Below, in pieces: positions 1-11,500 of a stretch of 32,904 bases of DNA; within the stretch, counting starts at the first letter, position 1, and the number at the start of each line of letters is the position of its first letter. A program made the translations under genes and the position numbers. This stretch comes from Salisapilia sapeloensis CBS 127946. Lineage: Eukaryota > Protista > Oomycota. The stretch lies in contig JAADVB010000212.1 of the NCBI GenBank assembly GCA_023334545.1, positions 1-32,904 on the forward strand, read 5' to 3'. The notes beneath the pieces were generated by a model. That model was not told the DNA's origin and searched no databases. It saw only the letters and a program-made list of their open reading frames with translations.

Positions 1-779
1 AGTTGCGCGAACAACGCTCGATCAGCTTGGTACTTCAAATCTTCCTGCATCCAACATTACAGTATGATCTTGTGATAGCAAATCGCCGGAAAGAGATGCA
101 AAAGTACCTTTTTGATGCGTTGCAACTCCTTTCGGAGTGTGGCTTCGCTTACAAGAACACGTTTTTGGAAGCTCTTTCGCTCAGCTCTAGCTTTTTCGAG
201 TATCGACCGAAGTACTTTGACTTCTTGACCAAGCTATTACAAATGATCAAATAGGGTAAAAGAAAGTAATATGGATCACCGACATACCTTCTCTCTTGAT
301 GTGTTTGTTGCAAAGGTCAATGCCTCGGTTTTCGCGACCTGTGGAAACCTGGCATTAGACTAAGCAATGATGAGCAATGATGGAAAAGTATGGGCCTGCC
401 TGTGCTTTTTCGAGCAAATCTTCAATTCGTTTTAGCTCTCCATCATCGATTGTTAAATACCTGAAATATAGTCACATCGAAATGGGAGTGCTTTGTAGAG
501 TAAGGATATTTCATGGATATAATGACGTACCCAGTTTGAATATCTGTTTGTGTTGGTGAAAGTGCATTTGCTTGGTTCATTTTCGACCGTAAGAGAACGT
601 TTTCGGCTCGTAGGAGATTGAGCTCTTCGCGTTCATGAAAAGATAAGGCGTCTACAGTATGATTCATGAATCAACGCGTTACTGTCGAGTACGTCAATAG
701 AGATAGCAGGACCATCCATTTCGTTTCGGTGCTCATCGATTTCACCATTGCTTTCATGAATGTCATTTTCCTCCGACAT
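1..779 (-). CDS. Multi-exon coiled-coil protein of unknown function, 5' part (3' end lies left of the window)
   Basis: Manual splicing of the minus strand. ATG at 779; first intron ends at 652 with an uncertain donor; further exons 651-531, 460-400, 338-288, 233-108 and 44-1. GT-AG introns at 530-461, 287-234 and 107-45 keep the frame, as does a probable GC-AG intron at 399-339. Translation includes EREELNLLRAENVLLRSKMNQ and LGQEVKVLRSILEKARAERKSFQKRVLVSEATLRKELQRIKK, which are heptad-like. Confidence 0.65.
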
Positions 780-2240
780 TATAGACGACTATTATCTAAG
801 ATTAGGAAGAGGTTGAGTTAATACGGCAGCCGTTTCAAAACGTGCAGCTCGAACACTCTACTTCGCAAGTTCATCTTTACTCTTTCTTTGCTTATCCAGG
901 CCTTAAGACATGATGATAGATGCAAATGTCCTTCCATAGGACCAAGAAGATTTACTAGAAACTAACCTGATAATGCTATATCAATTATTTGATTCAAGTA
1001 AATTAACAATAAATTAACATGAACTGTTCAATTATGTACTGTAATTACCTCCAGTATCCACCAGCCTTTTAGAAAAGGATTAAGGACAACCGAACGATTA
1101 ATTTTGCTAACCGGGCTGTCATTTTGATGGTCACTGCTCAGTCTGGATCCTTGTTCATCTTTAGAGACGAGAGGGATCCGATAAAAAGACGGTAATATAA
1201 ATAAATGATATTGAGTTTATCCGATAGCTACCTCGGCAGTAAAGCAGCCTTCTATATTCATCTGTATTCGCATGTGATCATCTACATCTAGTCTATGCGG
1301 TGATGCAGACACTCGGACACTCAAAAACGTGTTAATGAAACTTTGCACTCGCGTGGAAGAAGACATCAAGAAAGCCAACAAGATATCAAGAATGTAGGCT
1401 TTTATCATCCGTGCTCTAGAGGCTGTATTATATGGCGAGTTTGGGTATTCTAGTAGACTAGGAGTACGATGCTTGCGGGAATATGCGTGTTAGCATTAAA
1501 GGATAAGCGTGCTTAACGCTTTTCTATGTAGTAATAATTTGCGAGGTCTCCAAGCTATCCGTGTCCACTGATGTCCCCTCCGTGACATTGTAGGTGATCG
1601 TGATGTGTGTGTGGTGCAAAGAAAACCACACGCTCAAATCTTGATAGACGTTTCGACGTCAAGCGAAATACACGCGCCTACAACTTGCGACATCTTGATT
1701 GGATAGCATCGGAGTTTGATTCCATGATCTTATCCATTCGGCATGTCTGAACTTTGTGTAGTAGCCGTGCACCATGGCACCGATATCGCCGGCGTCTAGC
1801 TCTGCACTGGGAAATGGCCCTACACCTTTCTGTGCTTGGACTGATTTATAGTATCCTTTCGGCAAAAGGAAAGCAGTATAAGTACTTGTACTACCTGTAC
1901 AAAAGCATCGGAAATTGCATGCGAGAGCCCTTATTGCAACGGACAGAGCACGCGCCTCATGGATTAAAATCAGACCCTTCTACAACGCATCAAAACCAGC
2001 CGTATGATAGGATAGTACTGGCTAGCGCGTGCGCGAGCTCGCGTGGGCAGCTTCTCACCAGTCGATCCAACCATTGCTGATTACAACGACTATTTCTAAT
2101 TCTAAAGAGCTCAATGTAGCGATAGCGTGGTAGATCACGAAGTCGGTCGATTTTGGATAGTACACTACTCTTTTATTTTTGCATCTTTCTTTGGTAGCTT
2201 AAAGGACTCGCAACTGCCCAGGCATCACGCCGGTACTTTG

Positions 2241-2291
2241 TTTTGGTAGTCGACAAGTTTTGGCAGTCGTCGACTTTTGGTAGTCGAAGGT
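2241..2291. repeat. Three degenerate tandem copies of a 17-bp unit with core TTTTGG(T/C)AGTCG
   Basis: Cores begin at 2241 (ttttggtagtcga), 2258 (ttttggcagtcg) and 2275 (ttttggtagtcga), an exact 17-bp period. Confidence 0.8.
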
Positions 2292-2834
2292 GAATCAGAC
2301 GATTAGTCATCTTTTCTGAGCACGTCATATTGAGCCGGGAACGGATCCTGCCATCTTATCCATTCACATAGATGGTTAGGGTTAAAGATTGAGTTACCAA
2401 ATCGGCGATATCGAATTAAAGGCTACTAGTATCCACGATTAAAGTATCAAAATCTATCAAGGTCTGCCATAAATACTGCTGGAAAGCCCTAAAGGGAACC
2501 AGTCACCGGACCTTTCTGATGCCATGCACCATCTCTTGGTGGCGCTAGTCACGTCCCGGACCGAGTGGCTGTGCTCAGAGTATGTTTAATATGCCGATCG
2601 CAGCGATAATAATCAAATACCCAATCGCACGGCGTGGTGGCACGGTCCGCTGCGCATAAAAGGGATGGTCTGATGAGCCGTCTCACGAAACGCGTGCCTT
2701 CAAGCCTATCAAACCATGCAAGTAGAAACCTCGTTGTAGTACGTTCTAAACGGACCATTAAGTTGCAAAGAGCAGCGCAATGGATCTGCAGAGTGTCGAC
2801 CAGTCAATGCCGGACTCGGGCCGGTCACCTAGGC

Positions 2835-2850
2835 TCCCATTCCGCAATTT
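2835..2850 (+). promoter_or_regulatory. Oomycete INR-FPR core promoter of the oxidase-ZIP gene (likely TSS about 2839)
   Basis: tcccATTCCGCAATTT matches the INR-FPR consensus (GCTCATTYBNNNWTTY) at all positions from the CA onward. It lies about 100 nt upstream of ATG 2940, which supports that start over the upstream in-frame GTG 2634 or ATG 2673. Confidence 0.75.
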
Positions 2851-2939
2851 CCAACTTGCTTCACAAGGCCAACTGCCTGATCTACCCCAGACTACCAGCT
2901 TGGCCAGACAAATCTAAATTTGTCTACTCTTCACCACGC

Positions 2940-5678
2940 ATGATGCACCGAGTCCAAGTCATTGCATTCGTACTCGCGTGTGCGCTGTTGGAAATTGCGC
3001 AAGGTCAAGCGAACCTTAAGACCGATTGGGAAGCCTATGCGTCTCCACTGGTAATCCCGGAAGTCATCGACATGACCAAGGGTGGCCATGTTGACATGCA
3101 GATGGGACGTGCAGAGCACAACTGGACGTCTGACGGAGAGTTCAGTGGCATCACCTACGGTTACGGTCTCCGCAACGGCTCCGCTACCTTCCCTGGCCCG
3201 ACGTTCAAAGTCGCTCGTGGTGTCCCCATTTCCGTCACATGGTATAACGAACTCGGCGCGAAGCATCTTCTCGACGACCGTGTCGACTTGACTCTTACGA
3301 AGGAAGAGTCTGGCTGCTACCCTCGTTGCGGTGTTCCTGCCGTCGTCCACGTCCACGGACTTGAATCTGCTGCCGTGGATGATGGACTTCCCATTTCGTC
3401 GGTCTATGCGAACCAGAGTCAAACGGCTTACTATCGAAACAACCAGTCTGCTTCGACGAAGCTTTACCACGACCATGCGGCTGGTTTGTCTCGAATGAAC
3501 GGATGGGCTGGACTCCTCGGTGTCTACATCGTCGATGATCCCGACACGGAGCAGGAGTACAACGTGGATGTGGACACCGACATCCCACTCATGTTCGCCG
3601 ATCGTTTGGTAACAAACGATGGAGAGCTTCGCTACTCTGAAGACAGCTGCATCGGTCTGGAAAACGATGCGTGGGTTCCTGAATCCTTCGGTGTGGTGAA
3701 CACTGTCAACGGTGTTGTCATGCCGTACGTTGAGGTACCACCAGCGCAGACTCGCTTCCGTGTGATCAACTATGCCAACGCCCGAAACTACAACTTTTCG
3801 ATCCCGTTCGCCGACAAGTGCAAACTGATCGCCAAGGATTCTGGCCTGGTTGCTCACACCGAGCCAATCCCGAGATACCTGAACTTGTTCCCGTTCGAGC
3901 GTATCGAGATGATCTGCGACTTTAACGGTGACAAGGACGGAAAGAAATACGAGGTGACGGACATCCCGACCGTTGAACAGGACCAGCCGTATGATCCGCG
4001 CATTCTCGAAGTTCGCATTTCGGAAGACCTGCTGACTGATGACATGGTCCATCGCGAGATTCCTGACAAGCTTGTCGAGTACAAGAACTTGTCCAAGCTG
4101 TTTAATGAGCTCGGAGGTAAGAACCGAGCGCTGATGTTGGGTGAAAACGAGTACAGCTACCTGTGCCCTGAGCGCTCGATGATTGTCTACAACACGAAGG
4201 AGATCAACACGACGGACATTTGGAACACGCTTGCTTGCACGAAGGGAACGGTCGAGAAGTGGCACTTCAAGAACCCGACGGACGACCCTCACCCCTTCCA
4301 CTGGCATATTGTGAACGCTCAGTGCGGACCGACGGAAGAAGAAATTGACACGAACGGATTTAAGGACGTTGCCGTTATCCCGAATGCGAACGCCACGAAG
4401 GACAACCCGTCGGGTGTGACGCAAGTGTGCTACGTCGCCTGCACGCCACAAGAGTATCTGATTGAAGGCTCGGAGTGGGGTCCTCGGGACTACAGCTTCG
4501 ACACATCTGGTAAGTATGTTGCCCACTGTCACATCATGGAGCACGAGGACAACAGTATGATGGCCTGGTTCCGTATCACTGACCAAGACGACGGTATTCC
4601 TGACGACGATGGAACCGTGGTCGGTGGCTTCATCACTAACACGGTTATCGGTACGGCTATGGGCATGAGTGTATTGGGTGGTCTCGCCATGACGGCGTCT
4701 GTGCTGGTCATCTCCGTCGATCGCCTCAACTTCCTCGCCAGTCCGATCCCGCTTTCCATTGCCTTCGCCCTGTCCGCTGGTGTCATGGTGTTCATTTCGC
4801 TCGCCGATCTCTTTGCCGAAGGCATTGCGTTCTTCACAGCTACTTTCACGGTCGGTGGCAACCCTGACCCGGAGGCCTACGAAAAGGGTGGCTCCGTTGA
4901 CCCTGGTGTGTGTGACACGACGTGTATCGGCAATGCTTGGGCTGCCACCATCGGAAGTCTGTTCGTTGGTGTTGCGATCATTTTGGCCGTCGAGTACATT
5001 GTCCACCAGGTCATTGAGAAGAAGTATGGTGCTGGCCACGACCACGGTAACGATGGGCTTTCACCCGCTCACAGTCCGAACGCCAAGGACGCCCTGCGCT
5101 CTCCGGCGGCCTCGAACGGCTATGAAGACGATAAGGTAAAGGCGAACGACAATGAGACTGGTACCGAGGAGGATGACTCGCTCGTCGGCCAGAATGAGGA
5201 AGTCAAGAACGAATTCAAGCGTGCGGGTATGATGACGGGTGTTGCCATGGCAATCCATAACTTCCCGGAAGGTCTAGCCCTCTTCGTCTCGTCTCTCCAA
5301 GGTCTTCGCACGGGTGTTGTGCTGTCCATCGGTATCATCCTCCACAACCTGCCGGAAGGTCTGGCTGTTGCAGCGCCAGTGTACTACGCGACTGGCAGCA
5401 AGTGGGAGAGCTTCAAGTGGTCAGCCATTGCCGGTGTTGCCAACCCCATCGGTGCTGCTATCGGATGGGCTGCTATCTCCGGCGGTCTCCCGTACTGGCT
5501 TGAAGCATTCTTGTACAGTATGGTCGCTGGTATGCTCATGACGATTACGATTCAGGAGCTGCTGCCTGGTGCGTACAAGTTCGACCCGAGTGGCAAGTAC
5601 TTCCTCCCAGCGTTCTTCACCGGATTTTTAATCATTGCCCTCAGTGTGATGGCTCTGCACTACGCCGGATCTGGTTAG
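2940..5678 (+). CDS. Multicopper oxidase (CotA/bilirubin-oxidase-like) fused to a ZIP (ZupT/GufA-type) metal transporter, 912 aa
   Basis: One uninterrupted ORF. Signal peptide MMHRVQVIAFVLACALLEIAQG. Copper motifs HVH (3348-3356), YHDH (3465-3476), HPFHWH (4290-4307) and HCHIMEHEDNSM (4524-4559). About eight hydrophobic segments follow, with ZIP signatures HNFPEG (5256-5273) and HNLPEG (5343-5360), a His/acidic loop after TM3, and ELLP in TM7. Confidence 0.93.
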   Translation: MMHRVQVIAFVLACALLEIAQGQANLKTDWEAYASPLVIPEVIDMTKGGHVDMQMGRAEHNWTSDGEFSGITYGYGLRNGSATFPGPTFKVARGVPISVTWYNELGAKHLLDDRVDLTLTKEESGCYPRCGVPAVVHVHGLESAAVDDGLPISSVYANQSQTAYYRNNQSASTKLYHDHAAGLSRMNGWAGLLGVYIVDDPDTEQEYNVDVDTDIPLMFADRLVTNDGELRYSEDSCIGLENDAWVPESFGVVNTVNGVVMPYVEVPPAQTRFRVINYANARNYNFSIPFADKCKLIAKDSGLVAHTEPIPRYLNLFPFERIEMICDFNGDKDGKKYEVTDIPTVEQDQPYDPRILEVRISEDLLTDDMVHREIPDKLVEYKNLSKLFNELGGKNRALMLGENEYSYLCPERSMIVYNTKEINTTDIWNTLACTKGTVEKWHFKNPTDDPHPFHWHIVNAQCGPTEEEIDTNGFKDVAVIPNANATKDNPSGVTQVCYVACTPQEYLIEGSEWGPRDYSFDTSGKYVAHCHIMEHEDNSMMAWFRITDQDDGIPDDDGTVVGGFITNTVIGTAMGMSVLGGLAMTASVLVISVDRLNFLASPIPLSIAFALSAGVMVFISLADLFAEGIAFFTATFTVGGNPDPEAYEKGGSVDPGVCDTTCIGNAWAATIGSLFVGVAIILAVEYIVHQVIEKKYGAGHDHGNDGLSPAHSPNAKDALRSPAASNGYEDDKVKANDNETGTEEDDSLVGQNEEVKNEFKRAGMMTGVAMAIHNFPEGLALFVSSLQGLRTGVVLSIGIILHNLPEGLAVAAPVYYATGSKWESFKWSAIAGVANPIGAAIGWAAISGGLPYWLEAFLYSMVAGMLMTITIQELLPGAYKFDPSGKYFLPAFFTGFLIIALSVMALHYAGSG

Positions 5679-5936
5679 ATGTTTCATTAAGGCTTTTAGT
5701 TCTCGCATGTTGTGTATCGCGATCGTGGCTGCATGACAAAAAATAAAATTGATTTTGAGCTTGCAAAGAGTATACGTTCTCATATCCATGTGCTCACTCG
5801 AGATGTATCGGTAGCACTCATGTGTCGAAGCGATCATTCCCAATCGGATCATAGAAATCTTGTTGTTATCAAGTAAAGCGTGTGCATTCATTTTGAAGCC
5901 TTACTACTTGGTAGCTTCGGCAAGGGAAGACTGAAA

Positions 5937-7373
<1,437 letters not shown>

Positions 7374-7425
7374 GGTGAAAGTAGCTAGGAAGGAATCGGT
7401 TTGTTTGGCTTGCGTCCTCGGCGGC

Positions 7426-7441
7426 GAATTCGGAAGTGAGA
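7426..7441 (-). promoter_or_regulatory. INR-FPR core promoter of METAP2
   Basis: The minus strand reads TCTCACTTCCGAATTC, fitting the INR (YCAYTYY) plus FPR (WTTY) spacing. It lies about 60 nt upstream of ATG 7373. Confidence 0.7.
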
Positions 7442-8543
7442 TCTCCAAGACCTCCGCAGTCCATCGAGTCGCCTGGAAGAGGCTCTACCTCTCGTAGCGA
7501 CATCCAACTTCAAGAATTTGTTGGGAGGCATGATTGAGTCATCCTCCCTGTTACTTCTTTTCAGTATGGCAACCCAATATCGGCGATTGCATCATCGGCC
7601 TGAACCCAACTGTCGGAGGAACTGACAAGTCACTTCATCGGCTGGAAACGGATACGTTCAATCTTATCATGCACAGGCCAGCAAATTCTCGTATGCTCGC
7701 GTTTGAAAGAAGAAACACTCATGAAAATAGAAAAAAAGTTGATCGTTTCCACTCTCTTTGACAGACCCTGGTGCATAGTGTTGAACTTCTGTATCAATGT
7801 TTCTGAAGCTCCTTTCACGTTTGACTAACCAGGCAGCACGTTTATTGGCTTTCGATGTACCACGTTGCATAATGAGCTACAGGTGCGATCTCCATTGTGA
7901 TTCCTGTGCGACCAAGTCACGGCTTTCGTGTGTATATCAAAGGCACCAGCACCATACCTCGCCTCATACAGCTATTGATCCAATGGAAATCTAGCCGATT
8001 GACAGCGTTTACGTGGCCTCGCTCGCTCTACTCGTTCGTAGCATTGATTGCACCTCTTTTGCATATATCTTCGACAAGGACAATGCTCATGAAGCTGTTT
8101 GATCAATAAGAATTTATTATTTTGCGAAGACATACTTCATTTCGCGTCGTGCTAAGCTTTCGTAGTCTGCACAAGTGGCCTTTTCTGTATGTTATGTTGG
8201 TACCAGAAGCGACCCATCGGCTACCTCTATTCGCGCGACAACATCTTACCACGAAGAAATACAGGCTCTTCGCTACCATATATATAATCATAGAGATGAT
8301 CACTCTGCGACCAATCACCTCAACCAAGTGTAGGACGTAAAAGTAGTGTTTGTTTGCCCCAATACTGGACTATCCAGTGTATATTAAATGAGCAGAGTTG
8401 TACCTTGACATCCTATACAACTCCTAGAACCGTTGCAAAGCACTTTGCGAATTGTATCGGCCATTGTGAACCGCTCAGGACCGTATCTCCAACTTACCGC
8501 TGGACAGTCCAATGTAGACCTACTTTACATGCCATCTTTTACA

Positions 8544-11500
8544 CTAAGTCGTGTCTTCCGGTTGTGCTTGCTTTCGTATCGGAGGCAATGTAGTGGATTT
8601 CTTGCGTGACTCAGCTAAGCGACGATAGAGTGACGAGTTCCTGTATGCGTTCTTTTTTATGTGGGCTTTTTTGTTCATATCTTGCTCTGAGTCGGTATGC
8701 TCAGCGTTACCTTCCACCTGTTGCTGATTGTTGCTTCCAACCATCGCTTCATCTTTGCTAGCTTCCAGATCTTTCGAGTCGTGGGGAGTACAATACACGT
8801 CGACTCGACGTCTTTGAAATTGTGCCATATCGTCTGATGTGAAGTGAGGACAATGCGTCACGTCCAGCGTTGACAACAGTTTCAATCTATCGTAGATAGC
8901 TTGAAAGCTTTGACTCGTGAGTTTCTTGCATGAAGACAAATTCAACGACTGAAGCGCTTCCGCTTGTGCTACGATACTAAGCAGCCCTTTGTCTGAGATT
9001 TTGATGCACCGCGCCAAATTGAGTTCTTCTAGCCACAAATGTTTCGCGATGGATTCCAACGCAACGTCCGTCAAGTTCCGACAAAAGCTGATATCTAGAC
9101 GGATGAGTTTAGAGCAAGTTTGGACAATATCTGCCACGTTTTCGTCTGTAAGGTAGCTACAGCCTGCCAACTTGACAGTGGTAACGTCGGTGCATTTCAT
9201 CACGACCGCCTTGATGCCGTCTGCGGACAACTGCAAACAGAAGCTCAGGTCAACAGCTTCCAAACTTATGTCTGTTGGTTTCCCACTAAGGTTGTCACAA
9301 AAGAGCCAGCGAAGTCCCTGGTCAGTCACACCGGAGCAGCGTGATATGTTGATTGACTTTAACCGACGGGCGCGATGGCCAACATGTCCGAGCAATACGT
9401 CATCAATGGATGCACCACCGGCAACGCTCAGCTCAATGATGTTTGTCAGCATCTTTCGATCAACGATATCCCGCCCATCGTTCACTTGATCGAACATAAA
9501 GCTCGTCGACGAAATTGACATGACATCTTCCGCTAACAGAGTATTAATCTTGACGCAGTTATGTGTGATGCGCTTGAGCGACTTGTCTGTCAGTTTCTCA
9601 CATTTATTGACATTAAGATGCCGTAGTTCAGGGCAATGTAGAGCTACATTTAACAAGGCAATGTCATCTAGACGTTGACATCCACTGAAATTGAGCTTTA
9701 GAAGTGTGGATGGATCCTGCATCTTCTTCAGCATTCCTTCGACACCAGTACTTCGAATCTGCACACACATCTCAACATCGAGCGTATGCAGCTTACGCAC
9801 GTACTTTGCAAGGAACAAGAGAGTATAGTCGGTGACATGTGAACAGTAAGAAAGACCAAGTTCTCGTAGCTTGGCATTGGATCGAGCTAGTGCCTCGATA
9901 CCAGTGTCTGTTAGGTTATAGCAGTGCGCTAGCCACACCCGTTGCAATTTTGTACAGACACGACCGATATATTGAAAAGCAGTGTCTCCTAGCTGATCGC
10001 AGTAAGAGAGCTCAAGCTCTTCGACATGAGACAATGATTGAAAAGCACGTCCAATCCCTTCATCAGACAATAATCGGCAGTTATTTGCTTTTAAAGACGT
10101 GCAAAACGTATTGTTGCGAGCGATTATCTCAAAATCATGGTCATTGATGTCCAATACATGTTTCAAGTCGATGCATCGAGGGTCTTCACCGCTTTCACTC
10201 GCAAGGATGAAGTAAGCGATGGCTTTTTGGTTTTGCAAGCTTCGAACCCACGAAAGATTCGTCAGCTCATCTCCATAATATGTAGGAAACACTTCTAGGA
10301 CTCTGCATACCACATCTGTAAATACATGTAGCATACTTTCTTCCGTACTCTCGATGTCATCTTTATCGTCACACTTAAGACAACCAAGTGAATAGGCTGT
10401 TTGAGAACCAAAGAAAAAATCAAGCGGCATGCGTGCGAGGTCTGGTAGACTAAGGCGACATTGATCACTTTCCGTGGCTTGAAAGTACTGTGAGTCCATT
10501 TCAAGTACACTACGATAGCAGTGGATAAACAAGTCACTAAAAGCGATGTCTCGAGGTAGACTCTTTAATATCTCAGCAATGCCATGCACGTTTTCACTCG
10601 TAAGAAGAGGTACGAGACCACATCGAACTTTTTTCTTGTACATGTTTTGCGCATACTGCTGATCCAAGTCGTACTTGAGGGATGCACAAATGTTATCTGC
10701 AAACTTGCGTAGCATAAGCTTATCGTCCGGAGCAAACGAAAGTGCTTGCTGGAAACGACTTGCTGAAAGACTAAAGAAGTAGTCAGACTCATTTGCTCGA
10801 TCGCGCGTGCCCATGACAAAGTGAGAGTTGATCTCGTCGTGACTGAGCGTGTGCCCATTGTAATACGCAACATGCGCAATGCAGCCATGAAAGAAGCGCT
10901 TACCATCTTTCCGTCGTGCTGACGATAAGCATCCTATTCTGAGCGGTCGATTGCCCTGTGTAGCTTGTTCTGCCAAATCATTTTCGATTTCCAAATTCAC
11001 TCGGTTCCTCATTTCCTCGTATTCTTTCACGACAACCTTTAGACGTTCCTCATACTCGGATCGAATTGACTGTTTTTTTGCCAGTGGCTCAAAATCTAGA
11101 TAAGATACTTTCGACAAGTCTTTCATCGTTTTTGCCTTTTGTTTGGTCTGTAGACGCGAATCCTCCGCTGCACTGGCAACACTTCCTTGGGAAAGCCGCG
11201 ATCGAAATTTGTGTTCTTCGCACAATTTTTGACTCATCGCTTTTATATTTTTCTTGCCTTCCTTTGTCACAAAGTAAGTTTGCATTTCACTTTCGACATC
11301 TTTAAAGCAAAGCGCCTTGGCATCATCCTCTAGCTGGTTAATATCGTCACGCTTCTTTTGGATCATAGCCTCTCTCTTGGCAAGTGCTTGGTCTACAACA
11401 GCATCCACTTCCAATTCATGGCAAAGATATCCATCGGCATAGAACCGCATGATCGTACCATCGAACGTTCCCACAAGGTACACCCACTTCCCAAAGACGA

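Noticed and set aside
1290-1400. Short plus-strand peptide TLKNVLMKLCTRVEEDI, faintly like hAT-type transposase relics
   Set aside because: It is too short, flanked by stops, and has no catalytic motif or terminal repeat to support it.
1659-2080. Short overlapping ORFs (68 aa minus, 108 aa plus)
   Set aside because: No recognisable domain, start context or splice structure.
2374-2384. GGTTAGGGTTA telomere-like sequence
   Set aside because: Fewer than two full units; expected by chance.
2634-2939. 102-codon in-frame N-terminal extension of the oxidase-ZIP ORF
   Set aside because: It begins at GTG, lies largely upstream of the INR-FPR at 2835-2850, and would bury the signal peptide.
4510-4516. 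Perfect G|GTAAGT donor-like site just before the T1 copper motif
   Set aside because: It encodes G-K-Y in the conserved GxYxxHCH context, and splicing here would delete essential ligands. It is treated as incidental.
2931-5045. 704-aa antisense ORF over the oxidase-ZIP gene
   Set aside because: It is the codon-aligned shadow of a strongly biased sense gene, is V/R/D-rich and has no recognisable motifs.
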